Shown piece after piece: positions 57,884 to 64,000 of a DNA stretch of 64,000 nt. The first letter of the stretch is position 1. Every line of letters starts with the position of its first letter. This DNA is from Armatimonadota bacterium (lineage in GTDB: Bacteria; Armatimonadota; Fimbriimonadia; Fimbriimonadales; GBS-DC). The translations under genes and the position numbers were made by a program. Location of the stretch: the NCBI GenBank assembly GCA_037444405.1, contig JBBIML010000015.1, positions 39,550 to 103,549 of the forward strand, written 5' to 3'. The notes under the pieces are model-generated. The model saw nothing but the letters and a program-made list of their open reading frames with translations, had not been told where the DNA came from and did no database searches.

Positions 57884-60800
57884 CTGTTTCGACAACTGAA
57901 AGATGTGATGCAAGCAACCAAAGGCTGGTTGGCATATCAACTTCAGCACACTCAGCCCTCGCAGCTGTCTTCACTGGAGGACATCTATCGGCGCTGCGCC
58001 GAACGCTCTATCGACGAGATCGCCGCCGAAATCGCAAGCAAGGAGAACATCCCGGAGGCCAAAGCCCGCTCTATTGTGAAGGACCACTTGGCTCAGCGGC
58101 GCGACTTGACAACAACCGATTCACTGCTTGATTTTCTACAGAAAGCAACCGAGCTCGCTACGCAAGCAGGCTTCAAGGGGCTGGTTCTCTTCGCTGACGA
58201 ATGCCAGGAGTTCCTGCGCATGGAGGAGTCAGGGGCGCGTGAAGCCATCCAGATTATCAGTGAACTGGTAAAGGGCATTCGCGCAATGGCAACGGTACCG
58301 TTAGGATTGATGCTAACCCTTCCGGTTAGCCCTACCGAAACTGTCATCGAGGAGCAGGCAGGCGATATTATCCATCGGATGCGAGAGCGGGGTACCGCTC
58401 TGCGATTGGAGGATACTTACGGTCGAGACTTTCCTACAGCGCTGTGGAGGCACTTATGCACGGCTTGTGATGATGTGAACGCCCAGCAAGTCATCGACGA
58501 ACAAACACTGGATGCCTTAGGGCAGCTGGTCGAGCGCAAAGACCTCAGCAACGGACCCCGAACAACCATAGCGGCTTTTAAGCGAATCGTTCAGTTCTAT
58601 CAGCAACAGCATCGTCCTTATACTCCTATTGATCTAATCGATGACCACCTCAATGAGAACCTTGTGTTCGATGAGCGAGGCGGTAAGGTAGCGACGGTGG
58701 TGCGTCGGTTGCTCGAATTACCTGCCGTTCAACAGCACCCTACCCGGCAACGAGCCGTTAAATTGCTGGCTGCATTCCCGCATGGCGTGGACGAGGCGAA
58801 AGCTGGCGAACTCTTCCCCATTATCGTCGAACTGGCTGATAAAGAGCGATGGTTGGGTGAACATATCACTCAACTTTCCGAAGGCTACGCGCTTGTAAGC
58901 CTGCAGGAGCGAGCCGAAGCCCGACCCCTGCTAGACGAAATTATCCGCGACTTCCGACGCCAGTGGCATACAAACACTTTTTATCGCGACGATCGCCGAA
59001 GATCCTTGTTAGTGGCAACCGAGTTTTTTGAGGAGCTATTGCCCATGCTCTTCCCTCCTCGCTCGCAGGGTCAATATACTAATTTTGGCGGACACAAGAA
59101 ACCTGACTCCGATCCGGAAGGGGTTGCTTACTGCGTTCTGGAGGGGAGCTTTGATCGCCTTTTCCACCGTTTTCCCGATCGCAGAGTGTGTGTCGCGGTT
59201 AGTCCTAACAAGGAAGCGCTGAACCGCTTCCAGCCACCCGAAGAAGAGCTCGATATTGACTTCCGCTTCTTTCTGGAATTCCCCGATAATGAACAGCTGC
59301 CAATTGGCATCCATACAGCTAATCAAGACCGCCGTGTTGACTTTTACCTTAATCTATCACGCACTTTTGGTCGACAGTTTCCGCCTGATCTCGCCTTTCT
59401 GCACGATCTGATGTCGCCCGAACGCACATCAGCGCAGGTGTTGCTTGCACTCGCTCTTCGGATGCGAGCCTGGTTACAGGAACACCCCGACACCAGTGAA
59501 GCAGATCGCCAGATGATTGAAGCGCATCGCCGATTGCTCCATCGCTACGCCATGCTGCTCCTGTTCCCTGACGCCGCCGATAGATCAAAAGTAGATATTC
59601 AAGGAATTCAGAATGTCGCGGGCGCGGAGCAGCGGCTCATCGAGGCTATTTTTGAAGCGAAGTGCGCTGAACTTTATCCCTACTATAAGCCACTGATGAT
59701 GTCAAAGGAATGGCGAAGCTATTTGCTACGCTATCGCGATGCATTGGGCAAGCGTCCACTTGCAGAGCGACGGGGGAGGCAACCCTTCACAGGTAGCAAA
59801 GACGAGATCGCTAAAACCTTTGGATGGACGCACACCGTCTTTGAGGCGAGTTCGCGGAGTCTCCAATCGATGGGCTTGCTACAGGTCAATTGGGGCAGCG
59901 GGCGCGGCGCTGAGGGCGAAGCAAGTGTCCTGTTTAAGGAGCATCCTTTAGAAAAGCTACTGCGTGATACCATGCAAGCAGAAGGTCGCTCCAGAAGTGT
60001 CACCACCGGCGGACACAGTAAACGCGTTAAGAGTATAGAAGCCAGCCGACTCAAGAAGGTAGCACGTAGGTATGGATACCTCGCTGACGAGGTTGATGAA
60101 GCCATCGAGTTGCTGATCCTGCGGCAATACGTGCAGCGTGAAAGTGACGGCACTATCCACGAGTTCACTGGGACAGTGGATACTGAGGAGCTAAAAGGGC
60201 AAGCCCAGACTCTGCAGGGGCAGTTAAAGGTTATCGCCTGCTATTTTGATGATGTGCGCTCTTTCGAACAGCTGCTCCACAGATCGCTCCAGCATCTGGA
60301 AAGCCCTGAGGACGAGATTGCGCGGGACACGGCACACCGCTTGCTTCAAGAGCTTTCCATCCGACTGGATCAGTTTCTTAAGGGTAAAGCGCAAGAAATC
60401 GCCAATCAGCTAAAAGGCATCGCCGAGGAACTGGATCGCTGCCATTCCGCTCTACAGCCTCCTGAACTACAGGAGCCTGTCATGGGTGCCGTCGACTTTG
60501 CACGCCATGTGGATGATCAGCGCAAGGGGCTGCAAAAGCAATTCCAGCAGCTACTGCAAAAAAGAGACCAGCTCAACTATGAGGTTGAAGAATTGCTCCG
60601 ACGGGTGTCAAGCACCTCTGATGCAGACACCCTCTGCAAGATTGCAGAAGACTATCAGAAACTCGACCGTGCCCGAACAGAGCTGATTGAGTCACAGGAG
60701 CGTTTGCGTCCCTACCTAATAGGCTTACAGCAATGGCGTGAAATCGTGACGAAAGCGACGATGCTGAGAGACTCCCTCGAACCAAACCATCCCCTGCGAC

Positions 60801-61531
60801 AAGAGATAGATGAGAGAGTAAGTACTTCTATCATGGAAAATTTCGCGCATCGCCGGCTGGATGCACTCTTGGATTGGGAACGGTTCAAAGCCGATGTGGA
60901 CACCATCGAAGATAAACTTAAGGCGGAAGAGAACCGTAAGCGCAACGAGTTCCTTGAACTCAAGGAACAATACGAGCGGATGCTGGCGCCCTTAGTCCCT
61001 CAACGGATAATTCAAGCGCCTTTCGATCCGCAAGAGCCTCAACAATCCTATCTTCTCCTTTATCAGGGTGTGCTGCGTAAGCTCCAAGAGTGGCTTGGTG
61101 AGCAGCAGCAACTTGCCCAGCAAACACTGGATGAATGGGAATATCTTATTTGCGAGCGAGGTATTCCAGCAGAGGAAGAACGCAACCAAACGGAGCAGGT
61201 GCTGCGAGAGCTCCAGCAAGCCGGTGAGCAGCTCAATCAAGGGCATGTCGAAAACCTCGAGAGATGCCAACAGTTCTGCAAGGAACTGGATCATCTCGGC
61301 GAGCGACTGAACGAGGTTCGTCAACAGCTCAGGATGAAGCGTGCTCAAAAGGGGCAGCCTACAGAGGCGGAGCAATCGCTGCTAACCATTCTGGATACTC
61401 AACGCCGAAGTCTGGGAGATCTGCGCCGCCAGCTGAATGCAGAGCGACTGACACTGGACAAGTTGTTCGATCAGTTGAAGGGATTATATCGGAAAGGGCA
61501 TATTGAAATCGAGGTGCGCAAGCGCGAGTGA
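57857..61531 (+). CDS. Large BrxC-like P-loop ATPase with coiled coils (main part; Walker A is in the upstream frame)
   Basis: LVLFADECQE Walker B, LSNGPRT, long helical/coiled-coil region, C-terminal L..LY.KG.IEI.V wHTH-like end; directly precedes a PglZ-like gene. Confidence 0.72.
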   Translation: MKLPPYPPFLFRQLKDVMQATKGWLAYQLQHTQPSQLSSLEDIYRRCAERSIDEIAAEIASKENIPEAKARSIVKDHLAQRRDLTTTDSLLDFLQKATELATQAGFKGLVLFADECQEFLRMEESGAREAIQIISELVKGIRAMATVPLGLMLTLPVSPTETVIEEQAGDIIHRMRERGTALRLEDTYGRDFPTALWRHLCTACDDVNAQQVIDEQTLDALGQLVERKDLSNGPRTTIAAFKRIVQFYQQQHRPYTPIDLIDDHLNENLVFDERGGKVATVVRRLLELPAVQQHPTRQRAVKLLAAFPHGVDEAKAGELFPIIVELADKERWLGEHITQLSEGYALVSLQERAEARPLLDEIIRDFRRQWHTNTFYRDDRRRSLLVATEFFEELLPMLFPPRSQGQYTNFGGHKKPDSDPEGVAYCVLEGSFDRLFHRFPDRRVCVAVSPNKEALNRFQPPEEELDIDFRFFLEFPDNEQLPIGIHTANQDRRVDFYLNLSRTFGRQFPPDLAFLHDLMSPERTSAQVLLALALRMRAWLQEHPDTSEADRQMIEAHRRLLHRYAMLLLFPDAADRSKVDIQGIQNVAGAEQRLIEAIFEAKCAELYPYYKPLMMSKEWRSYLLRYRDALGKRPLAERRGRQPFTGSKDEIAKTFGWTHTVFEASSRSLQSMGLLQVNWGSGRGAEGEASVLFKEHPLEKLLRDTMQAEGRSRSVTTGGHSKRVKSIEASRLKKVARRYGYLADEVDEAIELLILRQYVQRESDGTIHEFTGTVDTEELKGQAQTLQGQLKVIACYFDDVRSFEQLLHRSLQHLESPEDEIARDTAHRLLQELSIRLDQFLKGKAQEIANQLKGIAEELDRCHSALQPPELQEPVMGAVDFARHVDDQRKGLQKQFQQLLQKRDQLNYEVEELLRRVSSTSDADTLCKIAEDYQKLDRARTELIESQERLRPYLIGLQQWREIVTKATMLRDSLEPNHPLRQEIDERVSTSIMENFAHRRLDALLDWERFKADVDTIEDKLKAEENRKRNEFLELKEQYERMLAPLVPQRIIQAPFDPQEPQQSYLLLYQGVLRKLQEWLGEQQQLAQQTLDEWEYLICERGIPAEEERNQTEQVLRELQQAGEQLNQGHVENLERCQQFCKELDHLGERLNEVRQQLRMKRAQKGQPTEAEQSLLTILDTQRRSLGDLRRQLNAERLTLDKLFDQLKGLYRKGHIEIEVRKRE

Positions 61532-62625
61532 GGGAAGGGATGAGAGTCGCAAGCCTTACAGAGCTGATAGACTGGCTGGGGAGAATGCCGCTGATGGTGA
61601 AGATGAACCCGCTCTCTGCTGCTTTCTTGCCCGACGATGTGTGCATCTATGAAAACGCTCAGCAAATGGTGACCATCCTGGATGATCCTGCCCCGCAACC
61701 TGCTAAGCGAATGCTCATGATAGGAAGCGAGCCAGCTTTACAGCATCGCCTCCCCACCATTACATGCGATCACGATCCGCTGACCACCGAGATGAATCGC
61801 GTTTTGCTTAAGCGCTACGACTGGATCAAAAATCATCTGCTGTGTCAATCGCGGATAGCAGATATAATTACCCAGCATGCAGAAAGGGAAGCGATTGTAC
61901 TGATGTTAATAGATGGACTATCATATAGCGACATTAAGCGGTATGCACCTCGGTGGTTGGATTACACGACGCCTGTACTGGTGGATGGAGTTACAATCAC
62001 AGAGCAGGGAATGACACGCCTCGTTGGCAATCCCCCACTAGCTCAGCGGCTATTCGATTCAGGTTTCCAGAACATCGCAGGCTTCACCTATTGGGAACGA
62101 TCCGAAGATCCACTTACCAATCAGATCGGAAGAGCATTTGGCAACCGCGTATATAAGGTCAAGTCTTTTGATGATGTGCTTCAAGCGCTAGAAGATATGG
62201 AATGGCACGGTGCCTTTGTCCAGATTGTTCGGACGGGGCTGGATGGTGTTGCTCATCGTCAGCGTGAGGCACCCAATGTGGCAGCCATCGTAGGCGATAT
62301 CCTTAATGATTTCGAGCGGTTGATAAATCTTCTAGAGTGCAAAGGAGTATCTGCTCAACTGCATCTGGTAAGCGATCACGGCATCTTGTGGGCGCATGAA
62401 CATACCCTACAGCCCTACGAGTTCAGCGGTGCAGACCATCCACGCCACTACACCAACCCACGACACGACCAGCATACTCTGACCGTTGAGTTTGAAGGCA
62501 AAGGATTTGCCCTGCTGGAGTATCCCTACCTCAGGCGCGATTTGCGAACCACCGAATGGGGCGTGCACGGCGGCTTGTCCTTTGAAGAAAGTATCGTGCC
62601 TCTCATCCGTATAAGTACGGGATAA
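61528..62625 (+). CDS. PglZ-like alkaline-phosphatase-superfamily protein (compact)
   Basis: LMLIDGLSY, LD...H, LVSDHG and HGGLSFEESIVP motifs. GTG 61528 overlaps the ATPase stop; alternative ATG at 61540. Confidence 0.85.
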   Translation: MREGMRVASLTELIDWLGRMPLMVKMNPLSAAFLPDDVCIYENAQQMVTILDDPAPQPAKRMLMIGSEPALQHRLPTITCDHDPLTTEMNRVLLKRYDWIKNHLLCQSRIADIITQHAEREAIVLMLIDGLSYSDIKRYAPRWLDYTTPVLVDGVTITEQGMTRLVGNPPLAQRLFDSGFQNIAGFTYWERSEDPLTNQIGRAFGNRVYKVKSFDDVLQALEDMEWHGAFVQIVRTGLDGVAHRQREAPNVAAIVGDILNDFERLINLLECKGVSAQLHLVSDHGILWAHEHTLQPYEFSGADHPRHYTNPRHDQHTLTVEFEGKGFALLEYPYLRRDLRTTEWGVHGGLSFEESIVPLIRISTG

Positions 62626-62643
62626 TCGTTATGAGGTGCTTTT

Positions 62644-63804
62644 ATGATCTTTCTTGGACGCACCAGCGAAGGGGAACAGGTCTACCTGGATGACATGCGC
62701 TCCCGCGCAGTGCTAATCTGCGGCAAACGGGGGAGCGGTAAATCCTACACCGTTGGCGTGTTTTTAGAGGAACTAATCCAGCGGGAGGATGTGCTGGTAA
62801 TAGTTGCTGATCCTATGCGCAATTTCCATACAATGATTCTCCCCAATCATGAACAAGAAAGCGCGCTCTGGGAATGGGGGCTGAGCGCGAAAGGGATCCC
62901 TGTGCGCCTGTTAGTGCCTGGTGACCCACAGACCCGCTATGGGGTAGATGTCATCAATGCTCTTGAGAGACGAGGTGTGCAGATTGCGTCGCTGCGCATC
63001 AATCCTGGTGATGTACCACCTGACGGATGGCTCGATCTGTTCGGATTAGAAATCACTCAGCCGATGGGCATCGCGCTTTACCGAGCGGTCCAGCGATGCC
63101 GCCAGCAAAGCGGCGTCCATTTCTTCGTGCCTGACATCATCGACCGCCTTCAGAAAGACCCTCAGGTGAAGGAAACCAGTGTGCAGGCGCTTATCTTGCG
63201 TTTGGAAACAGCGGCAAACGAATGGGACATCTTTTCGAGTCGCTACTATGAACTTAGCGAAGTTTTCAGCTTGCAGACGGTCAATGTAGTTGACCTGGGT
63301 GTGTTAGAAGTTAGCCGCTTTGGCTTACGCAACCTGGTGCTGGCAGTGCTGGTGCGCGACCTGTTCCGACGGCGACGCGATGCACGCCTGCGTGAAGAGT
63401 TAGGTCTATCGACGAAGACCCCCAAAGTGTGGCTGGCTATCGACGAGGCGCAGGAGTTTGTACCTGCTGGCAGAGCAGCGCTCGCGAAAGAGCCACTCAT
63501 TCAATGGGTCAAAGAGGGACGACAGCCTGGCCTATCCTTAATCATAGCCTCCCAACAGCCAGGCGCCATCGACCGCGAGATACTTAGCCAGTGCGATGTT
63601 ATCCTCTGCCATAAAGTTACCGCTACTGACGATGTGGAATCGCTCAACCGCTTAAGCCATGACTACATGAATAGAGAATTGAAAGTCTATCTCCGACAGC
63701 TCAACCGAACGGGAGAAGCTGTCATGGTAGATGACACCCGAGAGACAGTTGCAATCGTCCAGATTCGACCACGCCGTAGCAAGCATGGTGGCGCAGAAGG
63801 GTAA
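62644..63804 (+). CDS. HerA/FtsK-superfamily ATPase (DUF87-like)
   Basis: GKRGSGKSYT Walker A, ADP, WLAIDEAQ Walker B, KEGR.PG arginine finger and ASQQP......LSQ. Confidence 0.9.
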   Translation: MIFLGRTSEGEQVYLDDMRSRAVLICGKRGSGKSYTVGVFLEELIQREDVLVIVADPMRNFHTMILPNHEQESALWEWGLSAKGIPVRLLVPGDPQTRYGVDVINALERRGVQIASLRINPGDVPPDGWLDLFGLEITQPMGIALYRAVQRCRQQSGVHFFVPDIIDRLQKDPQVKETSVQALILRLETAANEWDIFSSRYYELSEVFSLQTVNVVDLGVLEVSRFGLRNLVLAVLVRDLFRRRRDARLREELGLSTKTPKVWLAIDEAQEFVPAGRAALAKEPLIQWVKEGRQPGLSLIIASQQPGAIDREILSQCDVILCHKVTATDDVESLNRLSHDYMNRELKVYLRQLNRTGEAVMVDDTRETVAIVQIRPRRSKHGGAEG

Positions 63805-63865
63805 ATATGGGTATCATAAGCGTGCGTTAGCAGGATTCGACGGAGTTTTCCAGAAACCAGTGGAT

Positions 63866-64000
63866 ATGATGAAACCCAAACCGTTGCTCTCGCTTGTGGG
63901 CTTATGGGCGCTGATGGTGCTGACGGGCTGCACGCAGGCGCAGAATAGCGCGCCGCGCGTGCCCGACCCCGACTGGATATTCGGCTACGATAAAAACCTG
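63866..64000 (+). CDS. Lipoprotein, 5' part (truncated by window end)
   Basis: MMKPKPLLSLVGLWALMVLTGC lipobox; frame open to the window end; host-like GC. Confidence 0.65.
   Translation, partial: MMKPKPLLSLVGLWALMVLTGCTQAQNSAPRVPDPDWIFGYDKNL

Larger units (their letters stand above)
55072..63830 (+). other. Lower-GC accessory island encoding a putative BREX/Dpd/HerA composite defence system
   Basis: Abrupt rise in A/T-ending codons after YraN and return to host-like composition at ~63,860; genes co-oriented with overlapping or short spacers; no integrase or tRNA seen. Confidence 0.7.

Noticed and set aside
57884..58131. C-terminal part of the 187-aa ORF 57568-58131 as real protein
   Set aside because: Arg-rich out-of-frame run-on after the C6T4 frameshift.
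1..64000. tRNA, rRNA, integrase, transposase or prophage genes
   Set aside because: No cloverleaf, rRNA signature, recombinase/transposase motif or phage structural gene was recognised by eye; tRNAscan/Infernal would confirm.

Overview
GC-rich bacterial window whose gene content (PEP-CTERM protein, DUF1559/H-X9-DG prepilin-like protein, paired 'DDADLL' dockerin-like tails) suggests Armatimonadota; this is an inference. Positions 1 to ~55,070 hold housekeeping and envelope genes: hisB 3' end, fliD-fliS-fliT, sbcC, trxB, lemA, alpha-2-macroglobulin, an orphan beta-class DNA methyltransferase, pilB-pilT-pilC-pilD, holA, GH130, a dual glycosyltransferase, an ANTAR regulator, pstB with a Pho box, an S8 protease and YraN. 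Positions ~55,070-63,830 are a visibly lower-GC, co-oriented island that looks like a composite anti-phage system. Its order is GNAT fused in frame to a TGT/DpdA-like transglycosylase, an unknown ~284-aa protein, a broken small gene, a ~1,320-aa BrxC-like P-loop ATPase, a compact PglZ-like phosphatase and a HerA-like ATPase. The island has no DNA methyltransferase. It carries three lesions hidden by the ORF track: an in-frame TGA at 55712, a disrupted gene at 57349-57575 and a +1 frameshift in a C6T4 run at 57874-57883. No rRNA, tRNA, CRISPR array or integrase was recognised. All calls come from motif recognition by eye; no searches were run.
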